From Squalus acanthias (Eukaryota): 64,000 nucleotides of DNA. The stretch lies in the NCBI GenBank assembly GCA_030390025.1, contig CM059432.1, positions 59,770,001 to 59,834,000 on the forward strand, read 5' to 3'. Under the pieces are notes generated by a model that saw only the letters and a list, made by a program, of their open reading frames with translations, did not search any database and had not been told where the DNA came from. The position numbers and the translations under genes were made by a program. Positions 1 through 11,585 of this stretch are shown here, in pieces (positions within the stretch are counted from its first letter, which is position 1; each line of letters begins with the position of its first letter).

Positions 1-713
1 TCCTGATCCAATGAGTTCATTGAAACATTTGCAGCACTGCACCCAGGTCCTCCTGACCACATCCCTGCTGTTGACCTCCTCTGCAATCTCCAACCAGGCC
101 GTTTGTCACCTGGGGAGGTGTTTTCCACCCCTTGGAAGGGAAGAGGACCTCTCTGCGTGCTTTGACTCCCTCCACAAGCATATGGAAGGAGTCATCGGAG
201 AAGCTGGGTGCAGCCCTCTGCCTCTGTGCAGTCATTTCCAAAGTGTTTTCAGCAGTCCAATGCTGTAGTGCACTGACTGCACTATTTTAGATTAACCTTC
301 AAATGTAATGTGGCCATGGCCCCTTTAAATATGAGAGGTCGCACAACACCAGGTTATAGTCCAACAGTTTTATTTTAAATCACAAGCTTTCGGAAGGAGT
401 TGTAACTCCGAAAGCTTGTGATTTCAAATAAAACTGTTGGACTATAACCTGGTGTTGTGCGACCTCTCAATTTTGTCCACCCCAGTCCAACACCGGCATC
501 TCCGCATCATGGCCCTTTAAATATCCCAGTTGAAAACGGATGACGTCAGCAGACCTGCACCATTTAATGGGGCCGGGTAATGCGCAGGTTGGGTTGAATA
601 GGTCCTATTGATGTAAAGTCATTTTGTGCAGCAGGATGGAGCCAGCAACGGGGTCGCGATCCGCCATGGCCACCACCCGCACCGGACCCTCCCAAGTAGG
701 GAAAATTCTGGCC
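1..713 (-). mobile_element. PIF/Harbinger-type element end with start of Myb/SANT-like gene
   Basis: ORF 17-241 (RAAPSFSDDSFHMLVEGVKARREVLFP...) resembles the other Myb copies; terminal GGCCAGAATTTT ends at 713. Confidence 0.75.
332..512. mobile_element. Penelope-like element terminal remnant forming a 63-bp inverted repeat
   Basis: Arms 332-394 and 407-469 with one mismatch; flanked by the duplication ccctttaaatat (321-332, 513-524); contains a ggag-ttgtaa-ctcc-GAAAGCTT hammerhead half. Confidence 0.65.
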
Positions 714-1720
714 ATAGTGTGTGCTATGCTGCTGTTCTGCAAAGTATACCTCCTGAAAGCATACACAACACATCCAGATTTTAGAATTTGGAAGAGCTAG
801 ACAACCAACCTTGTGGTCACACTACATTCTTCCTTGTAAGAATCCATCAGAATGCAGTATGCATATATTTTCTGTCAGCAGTGTTGGTTCAGGGTACACC
901 TTACAAGATTTATGGAGACAATGGAAACTACATCATTGGCACATTGAAAGTGTACCCTATAGCTTTATTTCCATGAAAGCATGTGTGAAAACAGTGAAAG
1001 GTTGTCTCCATGTTTTGTATGCTGCCTCTGAGGATGCTCCAGGACAAGTTCTGTTGGTACCATAATGTTATGTACCAATAGTAACCATCTGTTGAAATTA
1101 GGATACACTTATCTTAGCACTCCTGATACTTTAACATTTCTTGTGCATTTGCTTCTGCAGACCTGGGAGACTGCACTCATTATCTTATTAACCTCCATTC
1201 AGGCAGCTTGCACCTTTGCTTTCACATGAGCTTTAAAGATGGACACCCTTCTTCGCCACAACTTTTAAAGTAGGGCCTCCAAGATATCATCAAAAGGCAT
1301 TATTTGACATTGTACACTTCTAAAAACTTTTAACAAACCAATTACTAAATATTCCAGTACAAACACTACATCTGGCACATCAAAAAATTCAGTGATGAGC
1401 AGCAGCACTTTAAGAGTCGCTGTCATGATGGATTTCCCACCCCAACCAATCATGTCCCTCCCTGCACTTGTGCATGCACAGAGTCTATTAAAATTAGTAG
1501 GAAGGGCTGGCCTTGCAAAATGTAGCGAGGCCAGCCGTCTGTAATCCTGGCCCAAGCCTGCCTGTGCTACTCTTATTTTTGGAAGAGAGAAAACTGATCT
1601 TGTGCTTCTTTTCCTCAATTAACTTAGTTTTGATGTCTTACATGAAGTTAACTCTTGGTGTAGGAAGGTTGGAGAAACTCATGAAAATCAGCTCTTTTAG
1701 ATTTGTCTGACAATACTTGC

Positions 1721-1853
1721 CTATTGTGGGTAAGAATGAAGCATGGAAATTGTCCTCAGTTAATCTCTTTAATATGGCAGTTTTACCTACATTGGAGTCT
1801 CCCACCATAATTATTTTTGAAAGAATATCTCCAGATAGATTCACTTCTTCCAT
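1721..1853 (-). CDS. Divergent Rab-family small GTPase, first coding exon (exon probably 1721-1891 including 5' UTR)
   Basis: MEEVNLSGDILSKIIMVGDSNVGKTAILKRLTEDNFHASFLPTI(G): beta1, G1 P-loop GDSNVGKT and switch I F-x-x-T-I-G; Kozak AACATGG; acceptor tttcag at 1892-1897; donor AG|GCAAGT in phase 1 within the TIG glycine, the usual first-intron position of Rab8/10/13-like genes. Confidence 0.75.
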
Positions 1854-2419
1854 GTTAAAGCCAGCAGAGTCACAGAGTAAACATCCTTCCACTGAAATTC
1901 ATATACTTATTCAAAATTCAAGCTTGTAGAGGTAACCCTTTCAATTAACTCCTTGTCAGATGGGCCTAACTTGAATAGACAGTCCTCAATTTCTATTTGG
2001 ATGGAATAAGCCTCAATGGACAACAAAGCCTCAAATAACAAGCCTTGGTTCCCTTGGGAAGATAAGATGAGTTTCTTATTAAACAATATGGATGGAAATA
2101 GATGAGGATCAATGGACTGTCCGGAGTTCGCTTGAATAAACAGGATGAGGCTCAATGGACAGCCCTCAGCTCATCAGTGAGCAGGACAAGCCTCAATGGA
2201 CAGGACATGTGTCCATGGACAATGGTGTCTTGATGCATAGGGAAAGTTTCAGATGGCTAGTCCTCAGTGCCTCAAGGAGCAGCAGTTAGTTCTTCAGTGC
2301 TCAAGCCCTCTTCAGTTCCTCCTTGTATAGGTCAGATCAAGCTTCAAGGGTAAGCCTTGAGTTCCTCTTCAGACAGGAAAGGATGGGGCCCAATGGGAAA
2401 CCCTCTCTGCATAGGCCAG

Positions 2420-2930
2420 AACGAGTCACAGTGAAACGTTCGCCGCTTTTCGATGGACTGGAGAAGTTTCAGTGAGGTCAATTCCACTCTGTATAGCACA
2501 GGGCCGGTCTAATGGCAACTCCCATTTCTTCGTCGGAGAAGCTCGGACGTGTCTCAAAGGACAGGACAATTCGCAGTGGACAGCGCCACCAGTCCAAGCG
2601 CTACGTGAATTCCTCTCTTCGTACCTAATCCCGATGTAAATCGCGGAGCTGTAGTTTAAAAAACTGTTGAACGGTGCCTCGGGCCCAGAGCGGCGATGCA
2701 CTTGAACGGGTCTGAGCCGCTGCTCGTTCTGACCCACGTGCTCCCTCGCGCCCATCAACCGACGGCTCAAGGCTGCGCGAGCTCCAGCAGGCACGAGCCG
2801 CCCGCCGACCTCCTTCCAATCAGAGACAATCGGCGTGGCGACGTCATACAACCCGCTCAGAAGCGCCGGACTTGGGAGTCAGGATCGGAAATCTGAACAA
2901 ACCAGTAGGGCATTGTGGCGGAGGGGTAGC
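2420..2930 (-). promoter_or_regulatory. CpG-rich non-repetitive segment, putative promoter / 5' UTR exon of the Rab-like gene
   Basis: Abrupt CpG enrichment against CpG-poor flanks, 0.5-1 kb upstream of the Rab exon; CRE-like TGACGTC near 2840; possible donor TAG|gtacga at 2625. Confidence 0.5.
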
Positions 2931-3104
2931 ACAGTGACTTAGCACTGCCGCTTGGGGTCAGCTAAAACATTGTCGCATGAATACATATTTTAAATTGTCT
3001 CATGTCGCACTCAGATTGTGGTAGCTCATCTTTTAAGACGGGTTTATCATTAATACTCACGCTCTATTCTGCAGACTTGCATTTCAAGTCAGATAGCAAT
3101 ACAG

Positions 3105-3263
3105 GTTAGGTTGGAAAGGGAATTGGATACATATTTGAAAAGGAAAAAAAAATGCAGGGCTCCGGGGAAAGAGTAGAGAAGTGGGGCGAATTGGATAGCT
3201 CTTTCAAAGAGCCAGCACAGGCATGATGGGCCGAATGGCCTCCTGTGCTGAAAGATTCTATGA
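3105..3263 (+). mobile_element. CR1 LINE 3' end fragment
   Basis: Typical CR1 3' UTR gatgggccgaatggcctcct...attctatga tail. Confidence 0.8.
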
Positions 3264-3394
3264 TAGCAAACATTTCAAAAATAATTACTCCTCCCCTCTC
3301 CCCTGTCATATTATTTTCTCCTGGAAAACATTTCAACCACAAAATGTGCCTTTGTTTTACATTACTCCCTTCAAAATGTAATGTTCCATGAAGT

Positions 3395-3848
3395 AGAAAG
3401 AACGACTTGCATTTATATAGCGCCTTTCACGACCACCAGATGTCTCAAAGCACTTTACAGCTAATTAAGTACTTTTATTTTGAAGTGTAGTCACTGTTGT
3501 AATATGGGGAACGCAGCAGCCAATTTGCACACAACAAGCTCTCACAAACAGCAATGTGATAATGACCAGATAATCTGTTTTTGTTATGTTGATTGAGGGA
3601 TAAATATTGAGGGACACCAGGGACCATCAAAAAAGTGCCATGGGATCTTTTACATCCACTTGAGAGAGCAGACAGGGCCTCAGTTTAACATCTCATCCAA
3701 AAGACAACACTGCTGACAGTGCAGCACTCCCTCAGCACTGCAATGGAGTATCAGCCTAGATTTTTGTGCTTAAGTCCCTGGAGTGGGACTATGAACCAAC
3801 AACCTTCTGACTCAGGTGAGAGTGCTACCCACTGAGCCACAGCTGACT
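3395..3848 (-). mobile_element. DeuSINE (SacSINE1-like): tRNA head, Deu-domain, L2-type tail
   Basis: Minus strand carries a tRNA-like head (gtggctcagtgggtagcactctcacc), a Deu-domain-like core (gatgttaaactgaggccctgtctgc...gatgtaaaagatcccatggcact) and the L2 tail (aaaggcgctatataaatgcaagtcgttctttct). Confidence 0.75.
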
Positions 3849-4749
3849 CTCAGATATTGCTGAAATGCAGCAATATCTGGTGAAAGAAGAAACAGAAAAT
3901 GCGTGAAGCACTCCGGCAGCATCTGTGGCGAGAACAAAGTTAATGTTTCAGGTGTGGATGTAGTTTTTTTTTGCTTTTTGTCAATATCTGGTGAAACCTG
4001 CTAAATATTTGCATATTGTAGTGACACCTTGCTCTTAACACCAGAGATCCATAATGTTAGAAAATGTATAGGTCATTTATGTGCATGATTGTGCACAATG
4101 GGTGTGACATGGACTTGGAAACCTGAAAAACATAAAGGGGTATCTTTTATATGATCACAAATGTGCAGTACAGCTAAAATTTAGAGTTGTCCCACACAGT
4201 TTAAAAAAAATCATTATACTGTGTTGGCCATTTGGGAACTAGACTAAAGGATGAAGTGAGAACAGAGTGTTAAATCAACTAGAGAAGCCTTTTTCCACAA
4301 TTGAGTATGCCGAATCATTCACTATAACCACTGGTTCAACATGACCTATTTAATTTTTTTTGCAATTTTTGTTTTTACAAGTTTTTCACGCATTAGAACT
4401 GACAGACCATTACTGTGGAAATAGAATGGCTCCTGGATGAGAACACATTCATGGCATTTCTCATCTGGTTGAGAATAATGTCGGATAGCAGGAAGCAGTG
4501 CTTGATGATTTAAAAATTAATTTTAAACTTGTTCCTCAATTCGACTATTTTCTTAAGAAGCTAATATCTGTTGATACAGCCAGATTAGAAATTTTAATCT
4601 TACTCAACCATCTGCTAATAGTTTCTGTTTATTCAACTGCCTTCAAGAATATTTATCCAGATATTGATCCAGTTTATAAAGACTAGTTGATCTCCTGTGG
4701 TGTTCCACAAAGGTGGTCAAGACTAATTGGAATTTTTCAGGTCAAGCAG

Positions 4750-5170
4750 TGTTAGAGGGTGGGGGGAAATGGAGAGGGGAAGGGGATGGAGGTGAAGGCA
4801 AATAGGAGGGGAGAGGGGAAGCAGGGAAGAGGAGTGGGGTGGGTGAGAGGAGGAGTGGCAGGGGAAAGGAGGGGAGGCAGTAGTGAAGGGGAGTGGGAAC
4901 ATGGAAATAGGGGAGGTAAAAGACAGTGGGAGTAGAGGACAAAGTAGGAGAGGAGGGAAAAGGGAGGGATGGAGAGAGGAAGGGTAAAGGGAAGAAGAGG
5001 GAGGGGTAGATAAAGGGATTGCTGAGCATGGGGAATTCAGATTAGCAAGGGTAGGGAGATGATTGAGGCATGGGACAACCGTCTATTGGAGGAAGAGAAG
5101 AAAGCCAATGGGAGGGCAGGGGTTGAGGATGGGAAATGCAACCTGTAAAGGGAAGAGGGTTGGGTGTGGT
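4750..5170 (+). repeat. Low-complexity polypurine (G/A-rich) tract
   Basis: About 400 bp dominated by GGGA/GGAG runs; produces the spurious Pro-rich ORF 4742-5029. Confidence 0.8.
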
Positions 5171-6053
5171 GATAGTGTTTATTCTAAAGGAGGAAAATAA
5201 GCAACGCATTCAGAAACCCAGAACATATGGGGCCTTTCTGAAGGCTTACGATGGTGTACGTTGTCATTGGCACCGCAAATTCCGAGCCAATCTCTTGGAC
5301 ATTGCAACAAGAAGTCAGGAGAGAAAGTATAAGGGCATTAAAAAAAATGTTTTAATTTTCTTTTAACACTTTTATTTATTATTTATAAAAATATTGGAGT
5401 TGGGAAAAAACAGGTGTTTGATTGGGCACCGAGTTGTTGGGGACGGGAGTTCATGTAATGAAACCTCCAGGAATACGTCCAACCAGAGTTGGCCACCTTA
5501 GGCGGAGGGAGACGTAGAAAGAGTAATGGTCAAGGGTCTGTGCTAGTGCTTTCAGAGCAGAACTCTGCACAGGTTCCAGCGGCACCACTAAGTTTTCAAA
5601 AATATTTTTTCCAGACAGCAGATTGGCTGTCATCTTCCTCTAGTTGTAGTAGGCCCCTAGGGCCTACTGCAGCAAGTCTGGCCTCTTGTTTGGCTCAACT
5701 GCTTGGTGAAGGGCAGCACCCCGCCTCTGGTATTATTCTACAGCCAGAATTTCGGCCAGGGTCAGGGGATTCTCTGATAAAGAGTGGAATGCCTTTGCCC
5801 CCCCCCCCCAAGGGATATGCCCCATCTCAAACTCCAGGCTATCTGTTCGATACGAGGAATGCTTTATATAAATGAGATATGTTGGCTATAGAACGCCATT
5901 GATTGAGGCCTGGGAGTAGCTCATTTACCTGCCTTTAAAGTTGGTGAGCATTGTCTCCCAAGATAGTTGATAATATAGTCGTTAAAGTTGCTATCTTTAG
6001 CTATAAATCCCAGAACAAAATGCTTAATATGAGGTACCTATAAACCAAATATT

Positions 6054-6823
6054 GGCCAGTAATTTGCGGTCAACAGCAAGGCAAAGGCGCTCGCTGCTGG
6101 TCCCGAAGAAAGCTGCCCACAGAGATCTCAGAATCTCGCTGGCGAGAAGTTTGCCTTTTTCGACGTTCAATTGATTGCAGCGCTATAAATAGAGATTCCT
6201 ATGGCGATGCTGCAGTGACATCAAGAAGCTGTCTAAGCAGCCAATCACGTTGAAGAATTCTCACAGACAGGAAACCAGGAAATGAGAAGTTGCTTTTTTT
6301 TAAATGTTAAGAGAGCGAAATAAACATTGGAACTTTCACATGGGAATAAGGTAGAAGCTGAAATATCATGAACAAACTTTAATTTTTAAAAAAGTTTTTT
6401 AAAAATTGTAATTTTTTAAAATCAAAATTGAGAAATTTGACACTCCACAAATATAAAAATTAGTTTTTCAGGGCCACAACATTTGTTTACCAGTCAATAT
6501 GCTGTTAAAACCCCAATTACACCTACTCCAACAAGGCTTACCATTTAATGGAGTATTTAACAGCGATATTACCACAGAAAAGCCAAAGTTTTCATCAGTT
6601 TCACTGATTACACTGATTGGCAGCTATGGCGGTGGGGGGTGGGGGGGGGGGGGGGGCGTCCACAGTGCAACCAGTGTTGGAGCAGTGAATGACTGATTGC
6701 AACTTCAGGATTTCTGTGTTTAGATGCGCATGCACTAAATCCTGAAGTTGCGGTTAGTTTCAGCGGGGTAATGACGGCAAAAACTGACAGTTCGCCATCA
6801 TTACCCATCGCAAATTCTGGGCC
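6054..6823. mobile_element. Non-autonomous Harbinger-type element (MITE-like)
   Basis: TIRs GGCCAGTAATTTGCG / CGCAAATTCTGGGCC, AT-rich flanks, no coding capacity. Confidence 0.7.
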
Positions 6824-8728
6824 AATATTTTAGATTTATTTGCTAGCAAATCTCCTCCTTATTATGTGTTCTGCATATAAAATGCCCTCTATATAGAACA
6901 GACTTACATGCACCTGGACCTCAAGCAGCATATAAACAATAATGGAATAATATTCATAAATCAGTTGCCAAGAAATTATATACTTGGTTCAGGATTATGC
7001 ATAGAACAGGTTTTTACATACTGTTAATTTGAAAATGTCTAACTAGTCACATTTGTACAATCATTTATTTAATCACTCATTCTGGAACTGAAACAAATTA
7101 AAACAATTTATTATCCAAAATATGAAATTGATAGTGTGTGAAAGATGACTTACATCTGCCAAACTGACAGTATTCAGTAATTAGAGAAGGCTGCATGCAT
7201 TGAGATGCTGATACTACTAGTTTTTACTCACTACACTGCCCTAAACTGGGCGGTATAGTGGTGGAGGAGCAAGAAAAATGAAGCGGGGAGGCCTACTGCT
7301 GGATTCTTGAACCTGAGAACTTCACATGTCTTCTCTCCCCAGTAGGGATTTCAGCTGCTTGCCCCTTGCCCACCCCACCACATTTAAATGATAGTGGGAG
7401 AGCAGGGCTAGGGAAACCAGCCGTTTCCCCTGCCTTCTCGCTGCAATACCACTGACCCAGGTAAGACCTGTTCAGGGGTGGTGGTAGTTGCTGAGGCAGG
7501 ACAGGACGACTTCTGAATGACCTGATGGAGGGTGAGAGCCTGGTAATGGCCACCTCTCCCTCTCTTCTGCCTCCATCACTGCAGCAAATATGGCCATGGC
7601 TCATTCAGAGCTTTTTGTAAAAATTGTTCACAAGCTTTTCAGGGCATTTCTGTCCCCTTTAATCATGGCTGTTCCTCCTGGTGCCACCGAGTTTTCCTAC
7701 CTGGCAGTTGTATGCTCCCTCTGTGTGGCTGGGATCCCACCGGGAATCTGCCCTCCATGTTTAATGACCCTGGTCTAGGAAAATAGGTCAAGGGTTGGGG
7801 TAATGGGCAAAGTCCTACCAGGCCTACTGCCAGCACTGAATCCACCCAGAGTAAAATCCAGTCACACTTTTATTGCTCATGGTGTGTTGAAGATATCAGT
7901 GTACTGGTGCCAAACGGATTGTATAAAGGATGGGCTATTGGAGGAAGGAGCAACTCCAAGAAGCCATACTCTTCTCAGTCAGACAAAAGTGAACTGATTC
8001 AGATATCAGTAAGCCACATTCCAGGCATGTGTTTGAGTAAACATAGTAGAGCTCTGTTTTCCCTCACTCCACAACAATGGGAACAGAAGTGTAACCACCA
8101 CTTGCTACGCAGTTCATTATTAAAATGCTGTTGGTATTGCAGAAAAAAGACAGCATGAGAAACTTAAGCACCATTCGTAAGTCCAGTTGGAAGATTTGGA
8201 GGAGTGGCAACTTTAGCTTGTGGAGTGAGGTCCAACAGTAGTCTCCAGGTACGTTGCTTTCATTCTGGGAAGAGCTGGTTCTATAATATAGTGAGAATAA
8301 CAACACCCTTAAGACAACCTCTAGGAACATAGGAATTGCTAGATGAAAAAAAAGCTAAGGCCCATTTAGTTTGCCTTCTACTACCCTGGCAGTCGCAGAA
8401 TACAATAATAATGGAGTTGTTAACCAATCATAGAATCTAAATCCTTCATGATTTTAAACACTTCTATCAAATCTCCTCTTAGCCTCTCTGCTCCAAGGAG
8501 AACAACCCCAGCTTCTCTAGTCTATCATGTAACTGTAATCCCTCATCCCTGGAACCATTCTAGTAAACCTCTTCTGTACCCTCTCTGAAGCCTTCACGTC
8601 CTTCCTAAAGTGTGGTGCCCGGAATTGGACACAATACTCCAGCTGGGGCCAAACTAATGTTTTATATAGGTTTAGCATAACTTCTTGTCTTTTTTACTCT
8701 ATGCCTCTATTTATTAAGCCCAGCAATT

Positions 8729-11098
8729 GGGCTACTTGCCGCCACCCGCTTGCACTGCTATCCTGGTGAAAAATGGCAGCCGCCACTCCAGCGCCCTTCT
8801 CTGGCGCGGGACTCGACGTCTGCCATTTTGGTGAGGGCCTTAGTCCTGGATTTTTTTCTTTTAGTGAAGTAGTGGCTTGGTGCAATACATGTTAAAAAGA
8901 TTTTTAAGTGCGCATGGAGTGCAGGGAGTGCTGCTGGATGCTTGGAAGGCCTCGGACGGTAAAGGAAGGCCTCTGAGAAGACAGAAAATGCTGGAAATAC
9001 TCAGCAGGTCAGGCAGCATCCGTGGAGAGAGAAACAGAGTTCATGTCTCAGGTTGAGATGCTGCCTGACCTGCTGAGTATTTCCAGCATTTTATGCTCTT
9101 ATTTCAGATTTACAGCCTCCACTCACAGAGGGAAGAGGAAGAAGCCGAAGAAGAAGATGCAGAGAGGAGGAAGCAGGAGAGGAGGAAGCAGGAGAGGAGG
9201 AAGCAGGAGAGGAGGAAGCAGAAGGAAGGATGCAACCCAGACAGCCCTTTCTGGCCAGGATATCCAGGATGGAATCAACCGCCTGCGGTACCAGTGACCA
9301 CAACCCCAATTCCCCTTTCAACATTTGTCCCACACCTTACCTACCCTCTGTTACTGATCATCACAGCATCCTCTTGGCCACAATGCTGAAAAAAAAGCCA
9401 CCACAAATCGAACTTTCCAATCCAACTTTATACATCTATCCATCCAATATGACATCAAGAAATCAGCTCATCACCCTTATGCATTCCCTAAGTGTGTGTG
9501 TGCCTTTGCCTATCCTACTGATGTCACGCAGTGCTACCCCAGTGGCTGCAGCATGGCTGGTGGAAGGCTGCTGACTTTTAGTGTGGAAACCCGCAGATGG
9601 TCTTGCAGGTCGATGTTGAGGAGCTGGTGGCTGGGAGTATGAAATTGAGTGACGGTGTTTTTTCTTCTACTTCTTCTTTTCACTCTCCTCTCCCTCTTTT
9701 TGGTCACCCACTGGCTGGGCAGGCTGCATTTCTTGGGTGTGTGAAATGAGGAAGGCACAAGGGTGGAGTTGTGGTGAGGGGAGGGCGGGAATGCAAGAGG
9801 TGCATGCGAGAAGTAGGATAACGTATGAAGATACGAGCATCTTGTATCCTTTCTGCCCGCCGCTGGCCAAGGGCTCAGCCATGCCCCTGCCAAGAATGGC
9901 CTGCACAGTCTCCTCCAAGGGGGTGAGCTGAAGCTAGGAATGGGATGTGTGCCTCGTGTTTGGTACAGATTGTTGGTAGGTGAGTGATTGGTGGGGGTGG
10001 GGGGGGCGGAGTCATGCATTGAGCAGTGTGTGAGGCTAGTGGTACAGTTGGTAGGAGATGTCTTTTGAAGATGCATTCACTGACCTTGACCACTGGTCTG
10101 AGGTCATGAGGCTTCCTTCAGCACTGGAGCCAGGTTGTGAGGGCAACACTTCTGACAGTGATCTGCTCCCACATCCTTCTTTCTGGAAGGCCTCCTGGCC
10201 CCTGTGGGTAGAGGACCTCTCTTGCAGTGTTGACCCCCTGCACAAAGCTGGAGTGCTGTGTGCGAGACCCTGGGTGCCCCTTCCCTGGCTTGCTGAGCCA
10301 TTTGTGTTAGTGCTGAAGCACTTTTCCCATATTTTTAGGTGCGGAGGGGAATTCAGCTTTAAGAACTGAAGACTCCCATTTGGAAATTATTTTTACATAT
10401 GATTACATAGGATATATGGCACAGAAACAGGCCATTCAGCCCAACCAGTCTATGCCGGCGTTTATGTTCCACTCAAGCCTCCTCCCGTCTTTCCTCATCT
10501 AACTCTGTCAGCATAACCCTCTATTCCCTTTTCCCTCATATGCTTGTCTGGCCTCCCCTTAAATGCATCTATACTAGTCGCTTCAACCACTCCCTGTGGT
10601 AGCGAATTCCACATTCTCACCACTCTTTGGGTAAAGAAGTTTCTTCTGAATTCCCTATTGGATTTCTCGATGACTATCCTATATTGATGGCTTCTAGTTA
10701 TGCTCTTCCCCACAAGTGGAAACATTTAATGTTAATTTTTTTTCAGAAGACAGTTGAACTGTAAGGGCTAAAAATGGCCTAATTTTACACGATTTTTATT
10801 TATTTCATTTCAGAAGGCAGTTCCCCTTTAAGAGATTGAACTGCTTTCTGAAATGACAGCCTTGCTTTCAGAGCAGGTTGTTCTTGCTGCAATGACACTA
10901 CGGCCACGCTACATTGGGGCCTCTTGCTGGGATGAACGCCACCAGGACGGCGTTGTACAGTGAGTTTAATGCTGGGCTAATGTTAATTAGTCCCCAGCGC
11001 CAATTTACCGGTCCTACCAGCACCACCATTTTCAGCAGCCGTTAACATCAGCCCACAGTGGCACCGGCAGGTTTTTAGCCTTTTCAACTTTTTAGCCC
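8729..11098 (-). mobile_element. Non-autonomous Harbinger derivative (deleted Myb gene, transposase 3' stub, embedded Penelope hairpin) inserted in a CR1
   Basis: Ends GGGCTA... / ...TTTTTAGCCC; 8860-10390 is an inverted copy of 42110-43590; CR1 sequence continues on both sides (~8455-8725 and 11099-11585). Confidence 0.75.
10395..10726 (-). mobile_element. 5'-truncated CR1 inserted in the Harbinger derivative
   Basis: Encodes RRNFFTQRVVRMWNSLP plus CR1 3' UTR; absent from the sister copy near 42100. Confidence 0.85.
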
Positions 11099-11585
11099 AA
11101 GATGCCTTACTAACTGCTTTGTTAATCTGTCCTGCCACCTTCAAAGATTTGTGCACAAGCACCCCCAGGTCTCTCTGTTCTTGCACCCCCTTTAAAATTG
11201 TATCATTTAGTGTGTATGGTCTCTCCTCATTCTTCCTACCAAAATGTATCACCTCACACTTCTCTGCGTTGAATTCCACCAGCCTGTCTATGTCTTCTTG
11301 AAGTCTATTACTATCTTCCTCACTGTTTACTACACTTCCAAATTTCCTGTCATCTGCAAATTTCGAAATTGTGCCCTGTACCCTCAAGTCCAAATCATTA
11401 ATGTATATCAAAAACAGCAGTGTCCTAGTACTGAAAGCCACTCACCACAACCCTTTGTTTTCTATCCCTTAGCCAATTTTGTATCCATGCTGCTACTGCC
11501 CATTTTATCGCATGGGCTTCAATTTTGAAACACCTTTTGAAAGTCCATATGCACAACATCAACTGCACTGCCCTCATCCACCCTC
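11099..11585 (-). mobile_element. CR1 reverse transcriptase fragment
   Basis: FLIYINDLD...ISKFADD...EKCEVIHFG motifs. Confidence 0.85.

Noticed and set aside
1590..1637. Peptide DIKTKLIEEKKHKISF after the Rab ORF stop, faintly like Rab exon 2 (DFKIKTIELDGKKIKL)
   Set aside because: No WDTAGQE follows and there is no good polypyrimidine acceptor; probably coincidence.
2426..2851. 141-aa minus-strand ORF in the CpG-rich segment as an N-terminal extension of the Rab
   Set aside because: No recognisable domain; the candidate donor at 2625 is phase-incompatible in this frame and the compatible frame has a stop.
4498..4715. Coding exon (ORF 4498-4686)
   Set aside because: No domain signal; the adjacent SCGVPQ-like codons suggest a very old LINE RT relic, too weak to annotate.
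4742..5029. Proline-rich protein ORF
   Set aside because: Artefact of the low-complexity purine tract.
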